Virus record (IMG/VR): IMGVR_UViG_3300009181_000080
Span: 1-62,025 of that record
Source of the DNA: a virus
Taxonomy: Duplodnaviria > Caudoviricetes
Length of the DNA: 62,025 bases
Strand: one strand, 5' to 3'
How positions within the stretch are numbered: position 1 is the first letter of the stretch; each line of letters starts with the position of its first letter. The notes beneath the pieces are model-generated. The model ran no database searches, was not told the DNA's origin, and saw only the letters and a program-made list of their open reading frames with translations. Below are positions 20,401 through 30,829 of the stretch, piece by piece. Made by a program: the position numbers and the translations under genes.

Positions 20401-23400
20401 TGTGTTCTACTCTTCCGGGAATTAATTATAACGATCCAGCGGCCGGAGTTGACATGATATTATTAAATATCAATTCGGTCAAGAATATTAGTTTTCCTTG
20501 GTATTATAGTGATATGGTACCACAAGGTGGCAATTATCAAACTATTACCTATAACGTATTAAACGCCCGGCAAACACAATATGAAATAACTTCAATTTTT
20601 GATGCCACTGTATTGAGCAATCGTGCAATATTAGTATATGCCAATGGAGTACAACAGCAAGTTAATGTAGATTATATATTCAGCACACAAACACCATCTA
20701 TTTTATTCACAGAGCCGTATCCAGTTGGAACAGAATTAGTTATACGTGATTATGTAAATACTGATGGTAATTTTATTCCCGAAACTCCGTCAAAATTGGG
20801 ATTATACCCAAAGTTTGTCCCGGAAATTTATTTTGACGATACGTATATCACCCCAACTGATATGATACGGGGTCACGACGGATCATTGACACCAATATTT
20901 GGAGATTTTAGAGATCAGTTTTTAATTGAATTAGAAAATAGGATTTATAATAATATTAAAGTTGATTATACAAAAAATCAAATTAATCAATACAATATTA
21001 TTCCGGGAAAATTTAGAAATTCAGAATACTCACTGACAGAATATAATAGGATATTAGGTAGAAATTTCTTAGCCTGGTGTGGTAATAATCACATTGACTA
21101 TAGAACTAATCGATCATACAATATCAATGATTCGTGGACATGGAATTATATTAATTCGATGGACATAATCGATGGGTCGAGATTACAGGGAAGTTGGAGA
21201 GCTACATACTACCATTGGTTTGATACCGATAGCCCACACCTGAGACCGTGGGAAATGCTTGGCATATCATCAAAACCAAGTTGGTGGGAAACAAGATACG
21301 GTCCGGCTCCCTACACTAAAGGTAATACTTTATTATGGTCGGACCTTGAAGCTGGCTATGTATGGAACGATAATGCCCCGTATTACGACGACAAGTTTGC
21401 AAGACCGAATCTTACAAAATTTATACCAGTGGATACTTCGGGAAATTTAGTTTCCCCAGCAAGTATTCCACTAGTTAAACAAATAAATGGGGCCGGCTCC
21501 GGAATCGCCTTTGCAGTTGGACAACAAGGTCCAGCTGAAGTGGCGTGGCGCCACAGTAGCGATTATCCATACGCAATACAATCGTTATTATCGTTGACAA
21601 CCACCGCAGAGTATTTTAGTACGCAGATAGATACAAATAAATTTAAACCAAGTCTGTTAACAGGTCAATTTACTACAAGCGGCAATCAAAAAATTAATCC
21701 TTTGTTACTAGTATCCAATGGACAGACAGTAGATGGCGAAATACAAAGGACAAGCGGTTATCTAAATTGGATTGGCGATTATATTAGAAATTTAGGTATA
21801 GATCCTACGGAAAAATTAAAAGATTATTTTTCCATGGTCGATGTTCAATTAAATTATAAAGTTGGCGGATTCACTGATAATAAGATGCTAACAGTTATTG
21901 CCGAGCAAACAAGTCCGACGTCAAGAAGTCCCGGCGTGATTATACCGGAATCAAATTATAAAATTTATTTAAACAAATCATCACCTGTTGCCAGGCTTTC
22001 GTATAGTGCTGTTATAGTAGAAAAAACAGACAATGGATATTCTGTGTCTGGATACGACTTATTGAGCCCGTTTTTCGTGGTTGATCCAAGTATTGCAAAC
22101 AACAAATACGAGATTCTATCACTTGTTGGCACAGATGTAAAAATTTATCAGGATGGCCACAATAGACCTATTACTATGCCGTATGGCACGGAATTTACGT
22201 CTAAACAACAAGTAGTTGATTTTTTAATTAGCTATGAAAGATCTCTAGTCAAACTAGGATTTATTTTTAAAGAATTTAATACAGATTTACAAGAAGAGCA
22301 GAATTGGAAATTAAGCGCCAAGGAGTTTTTATACTGGAGCCAACAAGGGTGGGAAACTAATAGCATTATTGTGCTGAATCCAATATCTACAAAACTAACA
22401 CTAGTATCTAATAGATCTATCGTAGACGAAATTACTAATCTGTCAAATGGTAACAGGATACTTGATCAAAATTTCTTACCAATTAAAAGTAATACATTTA
22501 ACATGGTCAGGGTAGATTCGCCAGCGGGCAATACTTGCGAAATTGCTACACTCGACGGGTCATTTATTTGCCATGCTAAATTAAATCTAATACAGCACGA
22601 GCATGTATTGATATTTGACAACCAAAGCGATTTTGGGGATATCATTTATATTCCTTCTCAGGGAACACGTCAATTCCGATTAAAACTAACTGGATATAAA
22701 ACCGGCGGCTGGACAGGTGCATTGGATGCACCTGGATACATATATAATGACCCAATATTAGATAAGTGGCAGGCCGGTAAAGATTATCGTACAGGTGATC
22801 TAGTTACATACAATGGATTATATTATACTGCAACCTATAATATTCCAGCCGCTGACACATTCTCAACAAAACTATGGTCAAACATCAGTAAATCAAGTAT
22901 ACAAACAGGGTTGCTACAGAACTTTTCTCTTAATGCCCAACAATTTGAAAATATCTACGACGTAGATCGGCCACCATCAAACGAAACGTTCCAGGCCTTT
23001 AGTTCCGGCTTATTAGGATTCAGACAGCGACAGTACTTAACAGATTTAGGTATTAGTATACCAACACAAACAAAATTTTATCAGGGATACATTAAAGAAA
23101 AAGGTTCCTTGAACGCTATCACTGCACTCACTTCTGGTAACTTTAATAATGTAAGTGGTAATTTAAGTATCTATGAAGAATGGGCATTTAGGACTGGTAC
23201 TTACGGCGGCATACACAGTAACACGTTTTCAGAATATATACTCAATCAGTCTGATTTTAAGGATAGACCGGTTGTTGCCCTACAAATAACAGATAATTAC
23301 AACACAGGTAATGTGATAGCAAACCTGATGTTGGCAAATGTATATAACTCGAGCAATTTATCGTCCACGAGCAATTCTTTATATTCTAATAGAACAGTTA

Positions 23401-26400
23401 ATTTTTATCCAGACGATGTCCCAACAGTTGGGTATGTTAATTTAGATGATGTTGATAGCAGTATTTTTGACCTATCTCTATACACCGGGGATACCTCTTC
23501 GTACACAGACGGCACAAAAATTTGGACCGCTAAAAAACCCAACGGTAACTGGGACATACTACGCGCAACAGATACTGGATTAACAGCAACAAAATTAACT
23601 TATTCGTTGGATTACAACGGAGTATTTAAATTTGATGATGTACATACGTTCTCAATTGGCGATACTTTTATATTAAATAATTTCCACCCAAAATACAATG
23701 GTTTATACACCGTTATTAATAGCCCCACAAGCTCTTCAGTCACAGTCACTGTCAGTGACATAAAGTTAATAGCGACGCAACCAAGTCCAATACAATACTT
23801 AATACGATCCAGTCCGTTGTCGGGCGCTGGCAACGTATATTCGTTGCCAACGGCCAGGGTAACAACAGCAAATGTCTTAATTGAAAAATTACGATCACAA
23901 GATCAAAATATTACTTGGCAAGAAAACGAAAAAGTATGGGTCGATAACGCAACAACAACTGGATGGGGAGTATATGCTCACTCTACATCGGATGCGATAT
24001 GGGTAGCACAAACCCCCGACGCACAGTATCATGGAGCAACGGCAAATACTTTCTTAGGTAGATCATTGCGTATTAGTAGTGATACAAAATACGCATACAT
24101 TGGTGATCCAATAAACAATAAAGTTTATGCTGATGTAATCGTCCCGGGTACAGCAGTAAGTGCAAACATTACCAAGAGTGAAACAGGATTTGGCTCTGTC
24201 ATTGAATCTCAGGGTAATTTATTGGCCATTGGATCAAGAGCAAATATTACACTGTATAGACATCAATCTAATACTGTAACACTTATACAAACATTAGCAT
24301 CGTCAAATGTGTCCAGTAATGTATCTAGCATCTCAATGCCCGCCGATGGAAGTAGGATTTATGTAGGCGGGAATAATATTGTTGAAACTTGGCGGCCAAT
24401 AGTAGTTACCGTTTTAAATACTTCTGCATCTGCGGCAGTATGGGCCGGCAACATAATTACACAAACAGCATCGGGCGCATCCGGCAAAGTACTCAGTACA
24501 TCCAGCGGCAACGTAATCACGTTATATAATGTTTCGGGTACATTTGTTAATAGTGGATCAAATCGTAACATAGTACGAGATGCATCAAATCTATCAATGA
24601 ATGTAACTTCAATTTCTTCGAGACTAGCTGACCCGGCCTGGGCCAATGTACAATACGAGTGGACTGCAAAAATTACAAGCGTGGCCAGTGGCGGCGCTGT
24701 TGATTTTGGTAACGTAGTTAAAGTCACAAATAACGGAACAACTCTTTTTGTATCGGCACCTGGTGCTACTGCAAGTGCGACGGCGTTAGCCGGTCAGGTA
24801 TATGTTTATACAATATCCGGGAATACTGCCACAGCAAATACTACTTTATCATCGTCATATACGAGGTCCATGGGTTACTTTGGGCGTTCGCTAGCAACGG
24901 ATCATAATGGTAATATATTCATTGGGGCGCCAGGCAATCTACCGGGGGTAACTACCGGGTACGGTACAGTTGAACGTTTTATATCCAATCGTACAACCGG
25001 TGCGTGGGATCATGGACAAACTATATTCCATCCAAACGGAACTCAATACTATGGTAATTTTGGTGTTAGCATTGGACTTGGCAATAATTCTAAGTCACTA
25101 ATAATAGGTAGTGCAAATATTGCACCACTAAGTGTAGTTCCTGGCTTTTCCGCAGTATATGTTTATGAACCAATTGTTAATTCTACTATCGCAAATGATC
25201 TTAGTACATACATATATGTTGATCAAATTGGAGCTGACCGTGGAACTACTAGCGATCAGTATGGTAGATATTTAGATATAGTTGGTAATACACTTGTTAT
25301 TGGAGCACCGTACTATAGCGAACTATACGCAAACGCCGCAGTAAAAACATCTTACGCTGGCACATTTTATGCATTTAATAAACCCACAAATAACACAGTG
25401 TGGAATAGAATTAGAGAACAACAACCCAAGGTTGATATTGATACCATTGGCAGAACACTCATTTATAACAAAATGACAAATAATGTATTAGCGGCACTTG
25501 ATTATATTGATCCTGCTAAAGGGAAAATATTAGATTTTGCGGCTGCAGATATTGATTATCGACAAATAGTAGATCCTGCCACTTATAATGTGGGCGGTAC
25601 TGCGAGTGCAGCCGACTTACATTGGGGACCAAAAGAAGTAGGTAAGATTTGGTGGAATCTGAAAAATACTCGTTATATAGATTACGAACAAGATTCTTTA
25701 ATATACAGATTAGCCAATTGGGGAAGGTTATTTCCGGGGGCCAGTGTTGACGTGTACCAATGGGTAGAAAGTAATGTTCTGCCAAGTTTATATATAGAAC
25801 GTGGCGGCGAAGGAACTCCATTATACGAAGATGATAGTAATTATAGCACGTATGGATATGTTACCGCCTCGGGTGCTGTGAATGTAAAGTATTACTTTTG
25901 GGTAATCAACATAAACACCGTTAATACCCGCGCCGGCAAACAGAATAGTATTGCTGGATTAACAGTGGCAATAAAAGATCCAAAAACACAAGGTGTACCA
26001 TACGCCGCAGTATTAAAAGACAATTCCGTTGCACTATATAATGTGTCCGATACGTTAGTTGGACAAAATAGTGTGGCAAATTTTACTAAAGTAAAAGCGG
26101 AAGGAAATTTAATACACAACGAGTATGCGCTGGTACAAGAAGAAAACCCGCAGAGCAATATACCAATTAGTATACTAGAAAAATTAATAGACAGTTTAGC
26201 GGGAGTTGACCAAACCGGTAATATAGTGCCAGATCCTGCGTTAAAAATTAGCCAACGGTATGGATTGGCTATACGTCCACGCCAAACGATGATAGTCAAT
26301 AACGGAGTAGCACTATCAAATTATCTAACATTGGTAAATTTGTATCTTAAAGAATATCCGGTAACAGACCGTAAAGTATTAACAACATTAAAATTACAAG

Positions 26401-28880
26401 AAATAGCACCAACAGCAGATTCTGGTGAGTGGGATGAAACGATATCATACTACTATGAGTTGGATTATCTTGACACTACTGCATTATCGGTTGGCTATAA
26501 TGTATTAGTATTATTTGACATTAATAATCAAAATAAATGGGCGATATATACGCTAGGTAGTAATGGAGTTTTTGTATTATCTAGTGTACAGGCTTATAAG
26601 ACAGATTTGTACTGGTCATATGTTAATTGGTATAACAGCTCTTATGACCCAACGTCGATCCCGGATGTAACCGTTGACACCATCCTCGACCTTGGAAAAT
26701 TAGTACTACAATCGGATACTTATATTTTAGTTTTAGATTCTGGTAATGGCAAATTTGCAGTTTACTATGTTGACGCCACTTTAAATCTCCAATTGGTTGG
26801 GGTTGAAGATGGAACATTACAAATTAGTACCGACACAATACCAGGTGTTGAATTGCGTAATATATTACATGCGATCCAGCAAGACATTTTAATCGATGAT
26901 TTAGCGGATAAATTTAATAAAGTATTTTTTACTATGATTAAGTATATCCTGTCAGAACAAAAAAATATTGATTGGGCCTTCAAGACTAGCTTTATCACGG
27001 CAATACAACGTATACGCAAGTTAGAACAATTCCCAACTTACATTCCCGATAATCAAGATTTCTATCTAAAGTATATGGAAGAAGTTAAACCATATCGAAC
27101 AGTTATACGAGAATTTGTTGTTGACTATGTCGGCACCGACGTATATGGAAGTGACATAACTGACTTTGATTTACCTCCATATTATGATAGAGCGATGCAA
27201 GTATATCGTAGTCCCAGTGGGGAACAATCATATGATGGCGCTTTATTAACATCTGGTCTTTATTCCCAATGGAGTAATAACTACAAATACAAAGTAGTAG
27301 ATATTATCATAGAAGATAGTGGACAGGGCTATATTATTCCGCCACAAGTAGTTATCCAAGGCGCCGCAGCAAGTCATGCCAACGCTTATGCAATACTTGA
27401 TTCTTCTGGCGGCGTATCTCGCATCGTTGTTGTTGATGGCGGCAAGGACTATGTAACTACACCAAACGTAACTATAAATGGTGCAGGGACCGGTGCAAAA
27501 GCCCACGCAATTTTACGTAACATCTACACCGGTAATAATAACGGCCACAATGTGGTCAGAAGTATCAAAACTAGTATTAAACTTGACCGTACTACTTACA
27601 CCAATCCTAACACATTTGTGTTTTGGGAGACATTAACTAGTGCCAATGTTGGACAAACAATCGCCGCAAATTGCTTTATCGTATTAAAAGATAGTATATA
27701 TAAACTATCTAATACTCATACAATATCTGCTAATATAACGTTCCCGATATCGTTTGTGTCAAACATAAACGCAAATAGTTTTACAAATTCAAGCGATCGT
27801 ATTGTTGCATATAGTGGCGCCAATGTAGATTTATCATTGACAACATCTGGTATTGACTATCCCGGGGTAACAGTAGATGGTAACACGTTCATTGGCGGCA
27901 GCATTGATTCATATATCACAAGTTTATATCAAGATAATTTGGGAATCAATCCTGATACTATCATAGTTGATGGTGGTCGATATGTATCAACTTTTAGTAG
28001 CCATGCACCAGAAGAACTTGTACCAAGCGTAACATTTGACAGCTTAAACATGGTTGTAACCACTAAAATAAAAAGTAATACAACCACAATGAGTTATCGT
28101 ATCCTGCACGACATGAATACTGATGCAACAGCCGGATTAATTTTAAATTTATCCGGAAATGTGTCATCGGTATATACTACCGATGACATAGTACAATATA
28201 ATGTTCTTGGAAATATACGGTCAAGTTCAGTGGCAAATATTACAAGTTCAACCACCCAAATAGTTGTAAAATACACAGGATCTGCAGACACATTATTCGG
28301 CGCTTCGTCGGAATATGGAAATATATTCATTGCCGGCGTTGACTCGGGGTTATACGTAACCAGCGTCCGCAAAATTAAAAGCCCAAAATATTACGGTATC
28401 AGCGCGGCCCATACTACGACTTTGGCAAGCAATTTAAGTATCACGGACAGTAATATCCGTGTTGTAGATGCATCTAAATTAACCTCGCCGAATCCAGCAT
28501 TACAGAAACCTGGGGTTGTGTTTATCAATGGTGAAAAAGTTCATTTTTACACTGTTGATTTAACAAATAATATCCTAGGTCGGATACGAAGAGCAGTTGA
28601 CGGCACCGGCACACCACAAGTACATATCGCTGGTAGTTCTGTTGTGGACACCAATGAAATTGAAACTATCCCCGGTGGTATGACAGTACACGCCACTACT
28701 TGGTTGGATCTCGTGCCATTTCCTGAACAGCAAATTGTTACAAACACAGGTGTAACCATTGCGGATAATTTTGGTAATATAATTAGCACTACTGGACCAT
28801 TCCAGGGTGCAGTAACAAGCGGAATTGGGCTAGAAAATAGCTCAACTATACAGTCAATTTTCATTAAAAATTTGCAATAA
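17475..28880 (+). CDS. Giant virion structural protein (3801 aa; baseplate-associated, with a beta-propeller/FG-GAP-like region)
   Basis: Uninterrupted 11.4 kb ORF coupled to gp6; repeats FG.S...IGAP/VSAPG around 24.0-25.4 kb; EVKPYRT and G.GY..PP.V.I motifs. Confidence 0.8.
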   Translation: MSLINTINFLPEVFRSPTNQRFLGATLDHLYQPDDNQPINGYIGRTFSPTYKVDDNYLSEITTERKNYQLEASVTVTDKNRNVLFNSGYVDLLNAIRSYGGITTNQQRLFSSSSYSFNGHFNYDKFVNYYDYYWLPDGPAAVPVSANGVSYSGTYKVTRNTAINGYIFSNSGTHPNTQLTLARGGVYTFEVDQPGYKFWIQSLPGTAGVNPIVPTLTTRQVLGVTNNGVATGSIQFKVPLSSAQNFYTGMEIADTVNAAVNIHYTDIQNQLLSTFLARFPTGLDGISNPILLQNATFILTSNDKDDSYWTTPNLPIGFTGTDRSVNKAGDIIADNLRPGVWQIDLVPTGNDYLIQISSKIVVPSLQRVLVGSGIINGSKQFWLDTNLDYKLMPPITAIEDYLYYQDESNPDFTGSIKLVDNSTSTIDIDTDIIGKKSYVSPTGVVFTNGLKVQFDTTVTPATYAGKSYYVEGVGSGISLISVDHLVVPEAYGANIDTTVDYITISRASIDRNPWTRFNRWFHKDVIFATAEYNGSDIDLGPNLPARRPIIEFDPNLQLFQFGKVAKSPVDYITFEVTDAFNNVEGQAAATVDGRTLVIGDKVIFANDYNISVRGNVYEVVPVGITGIGTYLTLVKTADDPILAGELTLIKSGSHAGNTYAFNGTTWYQCQVKTDVNQEPLFDLVDLNGYSFSNTTVYPDSDFTGTRFFGYNRSGTGTDDTVLEFPLTYRTFNNIGDIVFKNYYDSDTFTYTLDRTSTTVNCNTGYLVETQNNKTLNNWVTCLEPTTQSQLFTKFFDNTVVTINDVEKAFVQIDILPTDETVIPHLKVYINNKLLTQYIDYEITKYGIYDIVLFTTMPVVNDKIDVEIISDSVSALGNYTVPSNLDINPLNENFNTITLGQLRTHYNKLIENTTISRTGTIPLRDNYLKDRAGTLLQHNSPLIYAMTFLNDPVVNFNNGLDLARKEYAKFKNKFLSLCSTLPGINYNDPAAGVDMILLNINSVKNISFPWYYSDMVPQGGNYQTITYNVLNARQTQYEITSIFDATVLSNRAILVYANGVQQQVNVDYIFSTQTPSILFTEPYPVGTELVIRDYVNTDGNFIPETPSKLGLYPKFVPEIYFDDTYITPTDMIRGHDGSLTPIFGDFRDQFLIELENRIYNNIKVDYTKNQINQYNIIPGKFRNSEYSLTEYNRILGRNFLAWCGNNHIDYRTNRSYNINDSWTWNYINSMDIIDGSRLQGSWRATYYHWFDTDSPHLRPWEMLGISSKPSWWETRYGPAPYTKGNTLLWSDLEAGYVWNDNAPYYDDKFARPNLTKFIPVDTSGNLVSPASIPLVKQINGAGSGIAFAVGQQGPAEVAWRHSSDYPYAIQSLLSLTTTAEYFSTQIDTNKFKPSLLTGQFTTSGNQKINPLLLVSNGQTVDGEIQRTSGYLNWIGDYIRNLGIDPTEKLKDYFSMVDVQLNYKVGGFTDNKMLTVIAEQTSPTSRSPGVIIPESNYKIYLNKSSPVARLSYSAVIVEKTDNGYSVSGYDLLSPFFVVDPSIANNKYEILSLVGTDVKIYQDGHNRPITMPYGTEFTSKQQVVDFLISYERSLVKLGFIFKEFNTDLQEEQNWKLSAKEFLYWSQQGWETNSIIVLNPISTKLTLVSNRSIVDEITNLSNGNRILDQNFLPIKSNTFNMVRVDSPAGNTCEIATLDGSFICHAKLNLIQHEHVLIFDNQSDFGDIIYIPSQGTRQFRLKLTGYKTGGWTGALDAPGYIYNDPILDKWQAGKDYRTGDLVTYNGLYYTATYNIPAADTFSTKLWSNISKSSIQTGLLQNFSLNAQQFENIYDVDRPPSNETFQAFSSGLLGFRQRQYLTDLGISIPTQTKFYQGYIKEKGSLNAITALTSGNFNNVSGNLSIYEEWAFRTGTYGGIHSNTFSEYILNQSDFKDRPVVALQITDNYNTGNVIANLMLANVYNSSNLSSTSNSLYSNRTVNFYPDDVPTVGYVNLDDVDSSIFDLSLYTGDTSSYTDGTKIWTAKKPNGNWDILRATDTGLTATKLTYSLDYNGVFKFDDVHTFSIGDTFILNNFHPKYNGLYTVINSPTSSSVTVTVSDIKLIATQPSPIQYLIRSSPLSGAGNVYSLPTARVTTANVLIEKLRSQDQNITWQENEKVWVDNATTTGWGVYAHSTSDAIWVAQTPDAQYHGATANTFLGRSLRISSDTKYAYIGDPINNKVYADVIVPGTAVSANITKSETGFGSVIESQGNLLAIGSRANITLYRHQSNTVTLIQTLASSNVSSNVSSISMPADGSRIYVGGNNIVETWRPIVVTVLNTSASAAVWAGNIITQTASGASGKVLSTSSGNVITLYNVSGTFVNSGSNRNIVRDASNLSMNVTSISSRLADPAWANVQYEWTAKITSVASGGAVDFGNVVKVTNNGTTLFVSAPGATASATALAGQVYVYTISGNTATANTTLSSSYTRSMGYFGRSLATDHNGNIFIGAPGNLPGVTTGYGTVERFISNRTTGAWDHGQTIFHPNGTQYYGNFGVSIGLGNNSKSLIIGSANIAPLSVVPGFSAVYVYEPIVNSTIANDLSTYIYVDQIGADRGTTSDQYGRYLDIVGNTLVIGAPYYSELYANAAVKTSYAGTFYAFNKPTNNTVWNRIREQQPKVDIDTIGRTLIYNKMTNNVLAALDYIDPAKGKILDFAAADIDYRQIVDPATYNVGGTASAADLHWGPKEVGKIWWNLKNTRYIDYEQDSLIYRLANWGRLFPGASVDVYQWVESNVLPSLYIERGGEGTPLYEDDSNYSTYGYVTASGAVNVKYYFWVININTVNTRAGKQNSIAGLTVAIKDPKTQGVPYAAVLKDNSVALYNVSDTLVGQNSVANFTKVKAEGNLIHNEYALVQEENPQSNIPISILEKLIDSLAGVDQTGNIVPDPALKISQRYGLAIRPRQTMIVNNGVALSNYLTLVNLYLKEYPVTDRKVLTTLKLQEIAPTADSGEWDETISYYYELDYLDTTALSVGYNVLVLFDINNQNKWAIYTLGSNGVFVLSSVQAYKTDLYWSYVNWYNSSYDPTSIPDVTVDTILDLGKLVLQSDTYILVLDSGNGKFAVYYVDATLNLQLVGVEDGTLQISTDTIPGVELRNILHAIQQDILIDDLADKFNKVFFTMIKYILSEQKNIDWAFKTSFITAIQRIRKLEQFPTYIPDNQDFYLKYMEEVKPYRTVIREFVVDYVGTDVYGSDITDFDLPPYYDRAMQVYRSPSGEQSYDGALLTSGLYSQWSNNYKYKVVDIIIEDSGQGYIIPPQVVIQGAAASHANAYAILDSSGGVSRIVVVDGGKDYVTTPNVTINGAGTGAKAHAILRNIYTGNNNGHNVVRSIKTSIKLDRTTYTNPNTFVFWETLTSANVGQTIAANCFIVLKDSIYKLSNTHTISANITFPISFVSNINANSFTNSSDRIVAYSGANVDLSLTTSGIDYPGVTVDGNTFIGGSIDSYITSLYQDNLGINPDTIIVDGGRYVSTFSSHAPEELVPSVTFDSLNMVVTTKIKSNTTTMSYRILHDMNTDATAGLILNLSGNVSSVYTTDDIVQYNVLGNIRSSSVANITSSTTQIVVKYTGSADTLFGASSEYGNIFIAGVDSGLYVTSVRKIKSPKYYGISAAHTTTLASNLSITDSNIRVVDASKLTSPNPALQKPGVVFINGEKVHFYTVDLTNNILGRIRRAVDGTGTPQVHIAGSSVVDTNEIETIPGGMTVHATTWLDLVPFPEQQIVTNTGVTIADNFGNIISTTGPFQGAVTSGIGLENSSTIQSIFIKNLQ

Positions 28881-28883
28881 ATA
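28876..28883 (+). promoter_or_regulatory. Late promoter AATAAATA
   Basis: Exact motif upstream of the ATG at 28904. Confidence 0.65.
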
Positions 28884-28903
28884 TATAAAAAGGTAGAGGC
28901 ACA

Positions 28904-30109
28904 ATGACAATACAAATTACCGGGTTACCACTCCAACCAAGTTTACTGGATAGTACATTTATCCCAGTGGAAATATCTAATGTGACTGGGCGTGTCGCTG
29001 CCACTGCTATTAAATCATATGTCGGCACAATTTTTAGCTCGCTTACATCCACGGGAACAATTACAGCCGGCGCTGACGTTACGATCACTGGAAATTTGAT
29101 ACAAAGTAGCACAGGATATCATACGATACCATCAGGGAGTACAGCCCAGCGACCGGTAAGCCCAGCCGCAGGGATGATACGTTATAATTCAACGATCTCC
29201 AGCTATGAGGGATATGGTGCAGGTAGCCAATGGTCAAGTTTAGGCGGTGTTAAATCAGTTGATGGTAAAGCATACATTATAGCAGAAACAAGTCCCGGGG
29301 CAGGCGATGATGTCGTTCGTGTTTATGCAGGTAACTCTGGGACGAGTACGCAAGTATTATGGGCGAGCACATCAAATGTCAAGATTATTCCAACAACCGC
29401 ATCAACTAATGCCACAAGTGGCGCATTACAAGTAGCCGGCGGCACTGGTATAAGTGGTAACTTATACGTTAGTGGTATAGTCGGTATTACCGGAACGTCA
29501 TCATACACAGGAGCGGCAACCTTTTCGTCGACGATCGGCGTTACCGGTGCGGCAACTTTAAGTTCAACACTTGGCGTCACTGGGGCAACTACCCTGGCGG
29601 CACTGACAGCGACATCGATAACAATACCATCTATCACTAAAAATGGAACAAACAATAGCGGGGATATCGGACAGAGCAACAATGTTTTTAATACAGTTTA
29701 TGCCACAACATTCAATGGCGTATCGACTACAGCCAAATATGCGGACTTGGCAGAAAATTATACATCAGATAATCTTTATCCAGCTGGGACGGTTGTGATA
29801 TTTGGAACAGATGCTGAAGTAACAATAAGTACCCAAGAAAACGATATTAAGGTTGCGGGTGTTATATCAACTAATCCTGCACATTTAATGAATGGAGATA
29901 CCCCGGGCGTGCCAGTGGCATTAACTGGTAGGGTTCCGTGTCGTGTAACCGGTGATGTAAGACGCGGAGATCTTATGGTAACTAGTTCAATTCCCGGTAC
30001 AGCGAAATCTAACAATAATCCTCCAATTGGTGCGGTAATAGGTAAAGCCCTGGGCAATCATACCGGTTCCGACATTGGGATAATTGAAGTTGTAGTCGGT
30101 AGGGTTTAG
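28904..30109 (+). CDS. Tail fibre/spike protein with C-terminal peptidase G2-like intramolecular chaperone
   Basis: GSTAQRP...GMIRYNS; TNATSGALQVAGG; C-terminal YADLAENY...VAGVIST...VALTGRVPC...IGKAL. Confidence 0.75.
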   Translation: MTIQITGLPLQPSLLDSTFIPVEISNVTGRVAATAIKSYVGTIFSSLTSTGTITAGADVTITGNLIQSSTGYHTIPSGSTAQRPVSPAAGMIRYNSTISSYEGYGAGSQWSSLGGVKSVDGKAYIIAETSPGAGDDVVRVYAGNSGTSTQVLWASTSNVKIIPTTASTNATSGALQVAGGTGISGNLYVSGIVGITGTSSYTGAATFSSTIGVTGAATLSSTLGVTGATTLAALTATSITIPSITKNGTNNSGDIGQSNNVFNTVYATTFNGVSTTAKYADLAENYTSDNLYPAGTVVIFGTDAEVTISTQENDIKVAGVISTNPAHLMNGDTPGVPVALTGRVPCRVTGDVRRGDLMVTSSIPGTAKSNNNPPIGAVIGKALGNHTGSDIGIIEVVVGRV

Positions 30110-30112
30110 ACT

Positions 30113-30120
30113 AATAAATA
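30113..30120 (+). promoter_or_regulatory. Late promoter AATAAATA
   Basis: Exact motif; its closeness to 30122 suggests the real start may be the ATG at 30146. Confidence 0.65.
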
Positions 30121-30121
30121 T

Positions 30122-30817
30122 ATGAATAATCAGAGCGACCAAAATATGAATAATGATATACAAAGCAAATCTACCGAAACTAATAAAGATACGCAGAGTA
30201 AACCCAATGAATCATCGGGGATTTATCTCAGGGGTCACATTAAAATATATGATCCAGAATCTGGGGAAATTTATATCGATAAAAGCAATGCGATCCATTA
30301 TGAGAATTTCTCGATCGCGTTGGCTAATTCCATTGGAAATAAAAGCCAAAACTTTATATACGAAATGAATTTTGGAAATGGCGGGACATCCGTTGATCCA
30401 ACTGGTATTATCACATATCTTCCAACCAACACGGTGGGACAAAACACAAATTTGTATAATCCAACTTATAGTAAAATAGTCGACAATACAGCGATCGCTA
30501 ATCCAGATCCAGTTAATAATAAGATAGCAGTGACACATATTCCGGGTACTGTTTATTCGGATATTTTAGTTAGTTGCCTTTTAGATTACGGTGAGCCAAG
30601 CGGGCAGTCTGCATTTGATAATAGCCAGACTATTAACGGAGACTACGTATTTGACGAATTAGGTTTGCGAGGGAAAAGCACAGATAATACAACAGGATTA
30701 TCATCCACTGGTTTGTTACTAACACATGTTGTGTTCCACCCAGTACAGAAAGCACTTAATAGACTTATTCAAATTGACTATACTGTGCGTATACAAACAT
30801 TAACTAACCTAAGTTAA
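30122..30817 (+). CDS. Virion structural protein (baseplate/fibre attachment)
   Basis: GHIKIYD...NAIH, FGNGG, FDELGL and THVVFHPVQK...IDYTVRI; structural context. Confidence 0.6.
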   Translation: MNNQSDQNMNNDIQSKSTETNKDTQSKPNESSGIYLRGHIKIYDPESGEIYIDKSNAIHYENFSIALANSIGNKSQNFIYEMNFGNGGTSVDPTGIITYLPTNTVGQNTNLYNPTYSKIVDNTAIANPDPVNNKIAVTHIPGTVYSDILVSCLLDYGEPSGQSAFDNSQTINGDYVFDELGLRGKSTDNTTGLSSTGLLLTHVVFHPVQKALNRLIQIDYTVRIQTLTNLS

Positions 30818-30829
30818 ATTGGATAAAAT

